From Cladosporium halotolerans (Eukaryota): 64,000 bases of DNA. The stretch covers positions 310,001-374,000 of the forward strand of contig NW_027191474.1 of assembly GCF_011745625.1 (NCBI RefSeq), in the 5' to 3' direction. Below, piece after piece: positions 33,199 through 45,559 of the stretch. Every line of letters starts with the position of its first letter. Positions within the stretch are counted from its first letter, which is position 1. Both the position numbers and the translations under genes were made by a program. The notes under the pieces are model-generated. The model worked only from the letters and a program-made list of their open reading frames with translations, was not told the origin of the DNA and searched no databases.

Positions 33199-34877
33199 AT
33201 GGCGACAAACGGCGAATACCCTCCGTCCGAGGAGGACTCCCCTCCCCAGTCCCCGGTGCTCCAGGCACAGGACGCTGCCGGTGAGGCTCAGGGCAACGAG
33301 GAGGGCGGAGAGAGGCAGAAGGGCGCTGCGCCCGCACCCAGGTCGGCGCTCAAGAAGACTCTTCGCTCAGATGCTGCGCATGCATCAAGACCAGAGCTGC
33401 CCGAGCAGCCTGAGCCCAAGGATCTGGACGTTTCCAAGCTCACACCGCTTTCCCCGGAGATTATCGCGAGGCAGGCGACCATCAACATCGGCACCATTGG
33501 ACACGTCGCTCACGGAAAGAGTACGGTGGTGAAGGCTATTTCGGGCGTGCAGACTGTGCGTTTCAAGAACGAGTTGGAGAGGAACATTACCATCAAGCTG
33601 GGTTATGCGAACGCGAAGGTCTACAAGTGCGACAACGCCGAGTGCCCGCGCCCGACATGCTACAGGAGTTACAAGAGTGAGAAGGAGGTCGACCCCCCTT
33701 GCGAGCGCGAGGGCTGCCAGGGCACATACAGACTCGTGAGACACGTTTCGTGAGTATACCAGCAGAGATCGAAGGTGCGGACCGAACTAACAACCTGCAG
33801 TTTCGTCGATTGCCCCGGTCACGATATTCTCATGAGCACTATGCTTTCAGGTGCCGCGGTCATGGACGCCGCTCTTCTCCTGATTGCCGGCAACGAATCC
33901 TGCCCTCAGCCTCAGACTTCTGAGCATCTTGCTGCCATTGAGATCATGAAGCTCAGCCACATCATCATTCTCCAGAACAAGGTCGATCTTATGCGCGAGG
34001 AGGCCGCCGCCGCCCACTACGACTCCATCAAGAAGTTCATCCGCGGCACCGTTGCCGACGACTCGCCGGTCATCCCCATCTCTGCCCAGCTCAAGTTCAA
34101 CATCGATGCGATCAACGAGGCACTCGTCACCAAGATCCCCGTGCCCATGCGCAACTTCCAAGATGACCCTCACCTCATTGTCATCCGTTCCTTCGACGTC
34201 AATAAGCCCGGTTCCGAGATCGACGAGCTCCAGGGTGGTGTTGCCGGTGGCTCTATCCTCACCGGTATCCTGAAGCTCGGCGACGAGATCGAAATCCGCC
34301 CCGGTATTGTCAGCAAGGACGACAAGGGCCAGATCCAGTGCAAGCCCATCTTCTCCCGCGTCGTCTCCCTCTTCGCCGAGAACAATAGCCTCAAATTTGC
34401 CGTTCCCGGTGGTCTCATCGGTGTCGGTACCCGCATCGACCCCACGCTCTGCCGTGCCGACCGTCTCGTTGGTTTCGTCCTCGGTCTCAAGGGCAAGCTC
34501 CCCAAGATCTACACCGAGATTGAGGTCAACTACTTCTTGCTCAGGAGATTGCTCGGTGTCAAGACCGCGGACGGCAAGCAGGCCAAGGTCGCCAAGCTTG
34601 CGAAGAACGAGGTGCTCATGGTCAACATCGGTTCCACCGCCACCGGTGCGAAGGTCGTCGCCGTCAAGCACGACGCCGCCAAGCTCCAGCTCACCAGCCC
34701 GGCCTGCACGGAGATTGGCGAGAAGGTCGCGATGAGCCGAAGAATCGAGAAGCACTGGCGTCTCATCGGATGGTACGTTGCCCTGAAGTCCATTCCATTT
34801 GCCAATTAATCCTTGCTAATCATGTACACAGGGCCACCATCGAAGCCGGTACCACAACCGAGCCCCAGAACGCTTGA
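33199..34877 (+). CDS. GCD11: Translation initiation factor eIF2 gamma subunit; 2 introns
   Basis: [53 protein letters not shown]. Confidence 0.98.
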
Positions 34878-35450
34878 GCGAGTCTTTCAAACAAAGGTAA
34901 TGCATGAGCTTTTTCTTTCTACGGCCAAGCGAACGACGAGACGTGTTAGGAATGGCAGGCGTCTATACGGGCAGCGTGGGTGGCTGCATAGCGTGGTCTT
35001 CTTACATAGATGGAGTATGGCAATGAAAAGTGTTCGAGTATGAAAGGGGGCTTTCCAGCGTCGGTGATTCTACTGTTGTTCACCAGAATCGTGGTGTGCC
35101 ATTCACGCGTGCACGTTCTTCACGGCTCGCGAAGTCTGGCTGCGGGATGGTGGGGCATCGCGGCGATGGTGGGGGCGAGCGACGCGGACCAGACCCTGGC
35201 ACCGCCCAATGCGGGAGGAGATGTGTTCCAATGTTTGTGCGACGCTGGAGCTCTTGAGCGACAGCGACACCCGTTTGTAATACACAGCCCGCGAACCTCA
35301 CCTCACCTGCCACCTCCGACGTCTCCTCTCCTCTCGCCGACCGCCGCTGCGCACGACGCCCTCCCGCTCGCATCCTCACCGCCCGCGCGAACCTCGCGAG
35401 CGATCGACCATATACCCCCGCCGTACCAAAACTACACAACATCGTCCAAG

Positions 35451-36418
35451 ATGGCCTCCACCGCCCCCGCCGCGAGCGTCATCCCCTCGCTCGCCGAGCG
35501 TCCGGTCAAGAACACCATCTGCCTCTTCGACGTCGACGGCACCCTCACGCCCGCGAGACGAGTGAGCCTCCGAACCACCTAGCACACACCGTCCGGCGGC
35601 ATTCACGCCGCGCCCTCGAAGAGCCCTCCCTAACACAAATGTGCCTCCTCTAGACCGTCTCGCCGGAGATGCTGCAGCTCCTCTCCGCGCTCCGCCACAA
35701 GGTCGCGATCGGCTTCGTCGGCGGCTCCGACCTCGCCAAGCAGCAGGAGCAGCTGGGCACGGCCAGCATCCCCGTGACGACCCTGTTCGACTACTGCTTC
35801 GCGGAGAACGGGCTGACGGCGATCCGCATGGGGACGCCGCTGGCGAGCCACAGCTTCATCAAGTGGCTGGGCGAGGACAGCTACAAGCAGCTGGTGCGCT
35901 TCATCCTGCACTACGTGGCCGACCTCGACATCCCCGTCAAGCGCGGCACCTTCGTCGAGTTCCGCAACGGCATGATCAACGTCAGCCCGATCGGCCGCAA
36001 CGCCTCCGTGCAGGAGCGCAACGACTACGAGAAGTTCGACCTGCAGCACAAGGTGCGCGAGAAGTTCGTGCAGGCCATCAAGGAGCAGTTCCCCGACTTG
36101 GGTCTTACGTGAGTTTCTCCTCTGAACATCCCACCAAAAACATCCACGCTAATCACTGTCCTTCCCAGCTACTCCATCGGCGGGCAGATCTCCTTCGACG
36201 TCTTCCCCAGCGGCTGGGACAAGACGTACTGCCTGCAGCACGTCGAGGCCGAAAAAGCGCTGAGCGGGATCGAGTACAGCACGATCCACTTCTTCGGCGA
36301 CAAGACGTACAAGGGCGGCAACGACTACGAGATCTACGAGGACCCGCGCACCGTCGGCCACAGCGTGACCAGCCCGGAGGAGACGATGGCGGAGCTGAAG
36401 AAGCTGTTTGATCTGTGA
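35451..36418 (+). CDS. SEC53: Phosphomannomutase; 2 introns
   Basis: [75 protein letters not shown]. Confidence 0.97.
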
Positions 36419-36788
36419 AGGCCTGTGAGGGGTTGTTTGTGAGTGGCGGAGCCTAGCGGCGTAATGCCAGTGTCGCCGCAGAGAGGAGCGGAGAGTCGAG
36501 CAGCAGGGAGCATAGACGATACCAACATGCAGATATCCGCGAAACAAAAACAACTGAAATCACAAAGTGAAAAAAAGGCAACAATGCTCTTGTTGAAAGG
36601 TTCTTCTTGTCCATTTTCGTAGCTTCACCGCCCGGGCACTTCTTTCTCGGCGGCTACTCTTGACGTGTCGTTTGCTAAAAACTGGTATCATCATCCGTGA
36701 TCTAACTAGCCCATTCATCCAGGCCCTAACTTTTCGTATGCGCTCTTTTTATGTCCATTCCAACTGCTTTTCCACACACACCACCTCT

Positions 36789-38668
36789 CTAGTGGTGGAA
36801 CAGACGCAGGTGCTGCTCGACGTAAGTAATGCCGAGCTTCTCCGCAACCTCGAAGCAAGCCTGGTCGTTCTGGCTGCCGAGCGGCGCGGCGATGTACTTG
36901 ACGCCGGAGCGGCTGGCGCGGAAGACGTTGTCGGTGAACGGGAAGAAAGCGTCTGAGCTGACGGCGACCTCGCCGAGCTTGGCGAGCCAGGCCTTGCGCT
37001 CCTCGGCAGTGAAAGGCGCGGGGACGTCGTCGAAGACGCGCTCGTAGTCGGCCTTCTCGAGCTCGTTCTCGGGCGTCAGGCCGGCGCACAGCATGTCGAT
37101 GGCGTTGCTCTTCTCCGGGCGCTTGGTGCCCTGCTTCCACTTGATGTTGAGCGCGCGCTCGTGGAAGCGCATCCACCAGTTGTCGGCCTTGTCGCCGGCG
37201 AGGCGGGTGCAGTGGATGCGGCTCTGCTGGCCGGCGCCGAGGCCGATGACCTGGCCGTTGAGCGCGTAGCAGACGCTGTTGGACTGGGTGAACTTGAGCG
37301 CGATGGTAGCGACGGTGAGGTCGCGCTGGGCGGACTCGGGGAGCGGGGCGGAGTCCTTGGGCACGACGATGGAGTTGAAGGTGTTCTGGGGCGAGATGGC
37401 GGCGTCGTTGCGGTGCTGGGTGAGGTTGACGCCGAACAGGGTGCGGGTCTCGTGGGGAGGGGGCACGTAGTCGGCGTCCATCTGGAGCACGAGGTACTTG
37501 CCGCCCTTCTTCTTGGTGAGGAGCTCGAGGGCCTCCTTGGTGTAGCCGGGCGCGACGACGCCGTCGCTGACCTCGCGCGAGATGATCTTGGCGGTGGCCT
37601 GGTCGACCTCGCGGGAGAGGGCGATCACGTCGCCGAAGCTGCTCATGCGGTCCGCGCCACGGGCGCGGGCGTAGGCCTGCGCGAGGCCGGAGTTCTCGAT
37701 GCCGGCGATGTCGTCGACCATGTAGACCTTGCGCTCGTCAGAGGTGAGCGGGACACCGATGGCGGCGCCGGCGGGCGAGACGTGCTTGAAGGAGGCAGCG
37801 GCCGGGTAGTCGAGGGCGGCGTCGAGCTCCTTGACGAGCTGCCAGGCGTTGAGGGCGTCCAGCAGGTTGATGTAGCCAGGCGAGCCGGCGAGAGCCTTGA
37901 ACGGGAGCTTGCCCTCGGTCACGTAGGCGGAGGCGGGCTTCTGGTGGGGGTTGGCGCCATAGCGGAGGGTGAGCTGCTGCTCGCCCTCGCCGGCGTACTT
38001 CCTGCGGAAGAACTCAGAGATGGCGGAGTCATAGTCGGCGGTGTGGGTGAAGGCCTTGAGGGCGTAGTGTTGCCTGCTCTTCTCGGTGACCTCGCCCTTC
38101 TCCAGCTCCTTGAGGAACTCGTGGTAGTCCTCGGGGTCGCTCAGGATGGTGACACGGCTGTGGTTCTTGGCCGCGGCGCGGAGCAGAGTCACGCCGCCAA
38201 TGTCGATCTCCTCGACGGCCTCGGGGATGGTCACGTTGACCTTGGCGATGGTGTCCTTGAAGGGGTACAGGTTGCAGATGACGTAGTCGACCTTGGAGAT
38301 GTTCTGGTCGGCGAGGTCCTTCTCGTCCGAGGCCAGGTCGCGAGCGAGTATACCGGCGTGGACGGCGGGGTGGAGGGTCTTGACGCGGCCGGAGAGCATC
38401 TCCGGGGCCTTGGTGATGGCAGAGACATCCCTGGGCGGCGCAGTCAGACGGGGCTCTCTCGCGGAAGGGGAGGCACTGGGGCGCGTCAGGCTCAGGCAGC
38501 GCAGCAGACATACTCAACGGGGAAGCCGGCCTCCTTGATCAGCTTGGAGGTGCCGCCGGACGCGAGCAGGCGCACGTTCTGCTTGACGAGGCCCTTGGCG
38601 AGGTCGAGCAGGCCGGTCTTGTTGTAGACCGACAGGATGGCGATCTTCTGGGGCGCTTCGGAGGCCAT
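36789..38668 (-). CDS. ADE17: Bifunctional AICAR transformylase / IMP cyclohydrolase; 1 intron near the 5' end
   Basis: [66 protein letters not shown]. Confidence 0.97.
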
Positions 38669-39541
38669 TGTCGCGGTGCTGGGGGCGGTGCTGGTGCAGG
38701 GGAGCAGGTGGGAGGCGGAGGAGCGACAGTAATAATAATTCACACAGGATGCCTGACAATGGTACAGTATGCCCGCCGTCACTCGCTTGCCGATCTCGCA
38801 AATTTGACCCGCGCCCCACCATGAGCCCCTCCACCACCAGCCAGAGAGAGTGACGTGACGGGCCGGCGCTGGCTCAACTTTGGCTGAGCCCTGAAGCGCG
38901 CGCTACGCCTGTTGGCCGCAAACCACAGCGATTTGATTGGGCGCCGTTTCGTGATCCCCTGCGTCCTGGCGTCCTGTGGCCTCACTCAATGGCTGACGCT
39001 CGGACTGACGAATACCTGCAAGCTCCTGTAGACTAATCGGTCTCTGCAGAGGTTTGGAGATTCGGAGACGGGAGAAGATGTGCACGCATTGGAAACCGAA
39101 TGTCTGTCTCCATAGTTTACAGTCAAGCTACCTCGTACAAGCAAAGCTACTCACGCTCTACGGCGCGGATGAACTGAAGGAATCGGAATGAGCATTACAA
39201 CCAACGTTCGGCACACAGCCTTCCGCAATCGCTTCCTCTTCCACATCCGGTGTCTCAGCAACACATCCTAACAACATTACCCGGCACACTCTCCGTGCCC
39301 GTATTCGTCTCAATGTACACATGTCGTTGTTTTTGCTGTGCGATTTGCAGATGAACAAAGAAGCAGCCGTATCATGCGATGTATGCGATCGGGCGAAAGC
39401 GATGTTGGCACCAATGAGCAGCAGGAGCACATGCTTTAGTTGTCCCGGTGTACGCGGTATAATTTGACAGCTAGCGTTGGCGAGGAGTTCTAGTGTGGTC
39501 CTGCAGAATCGTTTCGTTCCCAGATGTTGTCAACACCGCAG

Positions 39542-41440
39542 TCACTTTGCTGAGCGCTCGCTCGCTGGGGCAGAGATGGTGCCCTCGTCGTCTTCGCCGG
39601 TGATGCCAGCAGTAGTCTCGAAAAAGAGCGGATTGGCCCCATTGGTGTCGTTAGAATTGCCGAAGTTGAGATCGAGAGTTCCGAAGCTCGCGTCGTTGCC
39701 GAGGCCAAAGACGTCCCAGTTGTGCATCTGCAGACCAACGTCGGGTACGAAGGGCTGCGCGGTGCCACTCATGTTTCCAGTGCTTCCAAACTGCTGAAGT
39801 CCCGGGAAAGCATTGTTCCCAGTGATCGGGGCGCTGAAGTCGTGGCTTGTTTGGAACATCGACTGGTTTGTGAGCGCACCAAAAGCCGACAAGTCTCTTG
39901 CGGGAAGAGGCTGGGGTTCTGCCGCTCTGAACCCGGTGGAAGGTCTGGATTGGTGGCTGTAAGGTTGCGGTAGCTGCTGGAAATAGCCACCCTGATCGCT
40001 TGGGTGACCGTACCCTTGACGCCCAGTCCGAGCAACAGGCTGAGAGCTTGGGAAGGGCCCAGGAAAGCTGGATGTCAGATAGTTCATCCTCGAAGGGCGA
40101 TCGAATGTGATGTCTGGCCCGGTGTTGTCGCGGTGGATGCTAAGCCCTGATCGGCGCTGCATCGGACGCCGCTGTCCGTAGGTCAAGCCATCATCGTCGT
40201 CAAGATCATCACTGCCGTCGACATATTGCGCCCGACCCTTGCCAAAAGGAGGATGGTGTGAGCCTGTGCGACGGCTGCTGCGCAGGTTGCGGCCTCCATT
40301 GGGGTCTTTATCAGTCAAAGGCGCCCGCGTGCGGCGACGGGTGGTAGCCCTCTTCTTGACGGGAAGCTCGTCTGGCTCGGGCGTAGTTTCGCCTCTGAGA
40401 GGGCTGTCCGCAGAGTTGGGCTCTCCCGAGATCACACGCTCTTTCTTGAATTGACCAGCGTTGTCGAAGATCAATTCTGTCGGTGTGACTGTCTCACTGG
40501 TTGCCTGCAGTTGTACAATGACCGACGTAGCCTTCTTTTGGTTGCGCTTGCGACGCATCTCAGGGGTTGCCGAGTCAAATATATCCATGCCAGGCCAAAT
40601 GTCGCCCTTCAGTCTCGCCATGTCGTTGGGCACGTCAATGGGATCCTGATCGTCTCCCAGGTATCCCATGGAGCCTGCCATGGAGCCTGGCCACGAATGA
40701 TTGCCGTTGCTCACCTTGCGTCGGCGAGGCCTACGGGTAGGCAGGTAACCGCGAGAGGAAGCATCATCATCGTCATCCTCGTCATCATCGGCATCGGAGG
40801 CGTAGCTGTTGGAGGTGTCGACTTGAGAGGGAGAAGGGCCGTAAGGCATCTGGCCCCAGCCGTGCATTGTCGGCACGTAGGCACCGTGACCGTCCATTGG
40901 CTCGTAGAAAGGCAGCAGGCCTGGAGTGGATGGTCTCGAGTTGGGCTCGGTCTTGATCTTGAGACCAAGCTGAGGATCCAGGAGGTTGTTCCGCAAGCTA
41001 GCTTCTCGGCGAGGGACCGGCATAGTCATTGGGACAGAGCCGCTGCGTGAGGAGGAAAGGCCTCTGGGTGCCGATGCTACTGCCAAGACTCGTCAGTGAT
41101 ATTCACTTAATGCGATGGCGTGATTGCACGGACCTCCGGGAGTTCGACGGTTTCCGCCGCTGCCGCCGCCGTTTCTCCCTCTCTTCTCTTTCTGGCTCAT
41201 CCGCTCACGCATCAGGTCGTCCAGATTCCACTCTTCATACCACCTGTCGTAGTTGTCGACATCCCGCTGGGCAGCAGGGTCAGTGCTGACTTTGACTTTC
41301 AACTTGAAGTAGTTGCTGAGATGCTGCTTGCTGGCTACATGGGTGAGTAGATGGCTCGTATCGCTGAAGAACGGCTTTCTGGGACAGATGTTGCAGTGAA
41401 GTGGAATGCCGGTTCCACCGGCCGCTGGTGCGAGGCTCAT
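39542..41440 (-). CDS. Uncharacterized fungal protein with an N-terminal C2H2-like zinc finger; 1 intron (~41087-41149)
   Basis: LHCNICPRKPFFSDTSHLLTHVASKQHL, then a low-complexity region with a LKGDIWPGMDIFDSATPEMRRKRNQKK block. Confidence 0.75.
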
Positions 41441-42510
41441 GGTCGGTGAAGCCGCCGGGGTGAACGACGCCGGTCGATGCTGGCTTGGACCGAATGCTTC
41501 ACTTTAGCGGGGTGCACGAAAGGAGTGACTGGCGTGAGGCTGATGGCGGTGGAAGCAGCCTGCTGCAGGCGAGCCCTGCTGAGAGTGGTGAGTGAGGACA
41601 GGAGGCAAGCGAGGATAAGGAGTGACGAACGTTGTACTGGTACAAGGAGTGACGAGGGCGAGGCGAGGGGGAGCCGAGAAGGAGATGTGAGTGATTGGCG
41701 GGGTGAAGTGAAGAGCAGTGCGCGAGGTCGAGGGCAATGGTCGCCGCCGGAGGCGGACCAGGCCGCACGACGCCTGCCAACAGTCGGCGCCGTCGGTGGG
41801 TGGGTGATGAAGAGGGACGAGCTGTGGTGGAAGGCGGATGGGCTGATATTTGGCATTGGTCGAGGTAGCGGCGACGATGCAGAGAATGCTCGGTCTTCAA
41901 TGTGTCCCTTGGCTGCTCCTGCTGCTCACACTGCGGGTGAGGTGAGGTTCTTTCCGTTTCGTGCTGGCGCTTTGGCCCCTCGCATCGCGCTAAGCACGCG
42001 GTCACGTGCACAAATACAAGGCGCGTGAACGTCTACTCGACCGTGTTTTGGACTGCGAAGATGGAGAGTGATGTTGGATGACTCTCATTAATCGTGCTAT
42101 CTCGGTATGAAAGTGGCAGCTTTCTTCAATGCTAGTCCAATCCACCCACGGAGCACCGACATGATGCAGTAAGTGAAGTTCACCCAGCCACATCTTGAGC
42201 TCGGTGCAGACCCACAACCACGGTCAGGCATAGTGGGCTAGTGCCGTCAGCACAAGTTTTTGGTCGACAGAATGATTGTGGTGGGTACAGCTTCCCAGTG
42301 CATCCTGCACAAAACGCTGGGAGGTCTAGCTGGACGCCCACCTATATTTGCTATCCTCTTGCATTGTAGCCCGGCTTCATCGGTTTGCTCAGCTCGGGTT
42401 ATTAGATTGCAAGAGATTCGGAGGATATGCCAGTTGATCCCACGGCGAATAGAATGACCTGCACATCGACTGCGGTAAGACTTGCAATTCCATTACAGGC
42501 ATCGTATAAC

Positions 42511-43668
42511 TTATCGGCCAACGAGTTTACTAGTGATATGCCTAGGCATACAGCTTGGAACAGTCAGAGCGAGTTTCTAACAGGCACGAAGGGGTACCGG
42601 ACTTACTATGCAGGATCAACTTCGATCAAGTCAGGATGGCCAAGTAAGCTCAAACCGGCAATGCCAAAGCAGAGGTGGAAAACATCCACCATATCGCCCG
42701 GCCTGTCAGAAATCCCACCCTCGTCAGGATCCTGACATTCCAGAATAAACTTTGTTAGTTTCGCGGAGTCAATCCAGTGCAGACGGTCGATCATGGCCAT
42801 GCTGCTCATCACCCACCAACTGTAGCAGACGTCCACTAGCTTCTCTGGCCGGCCGTTCAGCCCGCCACTGGCCTGCTGACGTTCACTCAGCCACGCGCCT
42901 AGCCTGTCCTTGCCATCCTCGCCCAGGAAAGTGTCGATCTCGCCGGCGATTGTAAGCGCAGCAGTGCAGACAAAGACTTGACCGGAATGAGATTCCGCGC
43001 CAGGCGAAGTGCCAAAGCCACCGTCGAAGTTTTGGCAAGCTCGGATGTGAGCGATGGCGGCAGGCAGGTCAATCATCGGTGTCTCCGAGGGCCGCTGGTG
43101 AGGCATGTAACCCAGCAGCGACAGAGAATTGAACGCTCCATAAAGGAACCGCGTGTCCGTCTCACCCCATTCGTCTCCGGCAAATGTGCCATTCGGCTGC
43201 TGCAAGCCCGCGATGAACCCTGCAATCTTCTTCTTCCCGTCTGGCACCCTCTTCTCAAGCTCGGCGAAGTTATCCGTCATGGCCAGAATCTGCACCGCAG
43301 AGATGGTGTACAGCATGTGCGCATCATGGCCTGGCGCCGCGCCGAACCCGCCATTGTCGCGCAGGCAGCTGAGGGCGAAGTCAAGCACGCCCTGGCTGGG
43401 CAAGGCATCATGATGCTTCATGAGGTGCAGCGCAACCAGGCCCCAGTAGACGCCGCTGACTCGCAGGTGTTCGGTGAGGTGGTACTCGAGCTCATCGCGA
43501 CGCTAGTGAAGGCGTCAGCCCGAGCCCGTTCGATCCAGTTGATGGAAAGAAGCGTACGGTATCCAACTTTTGCACGTAGGCGACGTGCTTGTCGATCACG
43601 AGCCGCAGGTCGGCCGGCGTCTGACCGCCGGCGACGCGCCCTCTGCCAGGGCCGGCTGCGAGAGACAT
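42511..43668 (-). CDS. BET2: Rab geranylgeranyltransferase (type II) beta subunit; 2 introns
   Basis: EHLRVSGVYWGL, GDEWGETDTRF, NFDGGFG..PGAESHSGQ, GGLNGRPEKLVDVCYSWWV, DPAYCMP. Confidence 0.96.
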
Positions 43669-45559
43669 GACGGCGGAGCGTGGTACACTTGGGACGGTTG
43701 AGGATCGTGCGCAGATTGCAGCTTCAGAGGCGTTGCGCGAACAGGAGGCGGCGCTATGTCATCAGGATCGGGAGGGGAGTGGGCAGGACAGGACGATGTG
43801 CGAAAGACGGCTGCTTTGGGAAGACGGCGCGAACAGACGCTGAGACAGCAGGAGAGCCAAGTGGAGCGGGCGCGTGCTGGAGGCGCTTGGAGGCTTGGAG
43901 TGTGAGCGTGCGGTGCTGGAAGCGGAAGCGAAAAGACCCTGTGGTGCCGCTTCGGGCTCTCGGCCGGCCCGCGCGCCTGGCAGGGGACGATGGGAGTTAG
44001 CGGCGGATGACTTGCATAAGGTAAGACGGCGGCCCTGGCAGATGCGTGGAGGGTTTGCCGCGCGCAGTAGAACCCTTCAGGTACCGTTCCTGGCGGGCGG
44101 GTGGGCGCGGCCGTGACACGAAGGGAGACGCTGCTGTCGACATCCACCTGCGCGTTGGATCACCTACCTACTGTAGTCTGCGGCGTCCGAACAACGTCTA
44201 TCAATGATGCGCGTTAACTCAAGCACTGACAACCACCCGCCAATGCTTCCGGCGCTGGACACGCTGCGGCGCGGAAACGTGGGGGCGGACTGCGCTGTAC
44301 AGACATAGATAGCTCGGGTTTCGTAGACGCCAGCGCTAGCATCCTCCTGTCTCACGAGCGTTGACCGCGTTGGTCGAAAGGGATGATGGGGCGCATGTGC
44401 GGGCGTGCGTGTGGGCATACGTAGCTGCGTCGACGCCGTGCCGCTGCTGCCGTGAGCGCGAGCGCGAGAGCGTGTGTAGGACACCTTATGCGCCTTATGT
44501 ATGTATCCATCTCATCGATCCTCGCGAACTGCCCGTTTCCTCCACCACAGCTGCACTTCCGCCACCACGCCACCAGCGCCATACGCTTTCTTCGACGAGC
44601 CAGCCAGGCGTTTGGCTGCCCAGACCACACTGAACACCACATCGACACCCTATATACGACGCCGCCTCCGCCGTGCGACTACTGCGACCCGCCTCGATCG
44701 CTGTATCGGATCATCCTTGCGAGGACTGCCCGGGCTGCTTCGATCGCGGAGGCCGACCCTTGGACCCCGGCGCCAGGCGCCCATCCTGCACGATACATTG
44801 CAGCAGCTGCACCAGCCCTGTGCAATTGCATCGCCAACACCGACCCGACCGCCACGAGCACCGCGCCATCGTCGCCGCGCCGGACGTGCGCCTGAGCCTT
44901 CGCAGCCGCCGTAGAGCGCAGACGAGACGACGCGATTTGTCGCCGTTGCCGCAGCACAGGAGCGAGCGTGCTGCACTGCGCTTTGCCGAAACTACCGAAT
45001 ATAATACCTTACGAGAGGCGGCATACCGCAGACACGCGCGCGCATAGCCGCACATCACATCCGCAGCCTCGCCCGCCGCACGCCGCCCTCCGCAGCTGGT
45101 GGTGGAAGTACGAAGCGTCCAGGTACGTCGGCTCCCCATTGTCCTCGCAGCATTGTTCGCGTCCGCGTTGCGCAATCTCCGCCGCGCACAGCTCTGTCTG
45201 CTGCCAGCGCCAGCGCCAGCGCCAGCCCGCACCAAAACACGCCGCACGCCCTCCCTCCCTCCCTCACCGCAGTGCTGCGTAGGGTATACAGCACGGGCGC
45301 TGCACCCACCCACTCTGCCGTCTCCGCCCTGCACCGGCCCTCGCTGACCGCGGCTGCCTACGTGTGCAGCAGTCAAGTAGAAGTCCCCAGACACACCGCG
45401 CGCTGCCGCTCCGCTGCCGTCGACTCGACTGCTGTGCTGTCGCTCGCCAGCCCGCCCTCCCGCCAATGCGCGCTTGAAGCACGCCGCCTCCTGCCCCTCG
45501 CTCTCCCTCCGGCTCGCCCGTTGCGCCGTCCCAAGGGTCATACCCACCCGCCCCACTCC

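Noticed and set aside
37161..38627. 488-aa plus-strand ORF antisense to ADE17 (similarly 20643-21953, 33847-34755, 17113-17985, 60989-62194)
   Set aside because: Shadow ORFs caused by strong G/C third-position bias of the real gene on the opposite strand; no recognisable motifs
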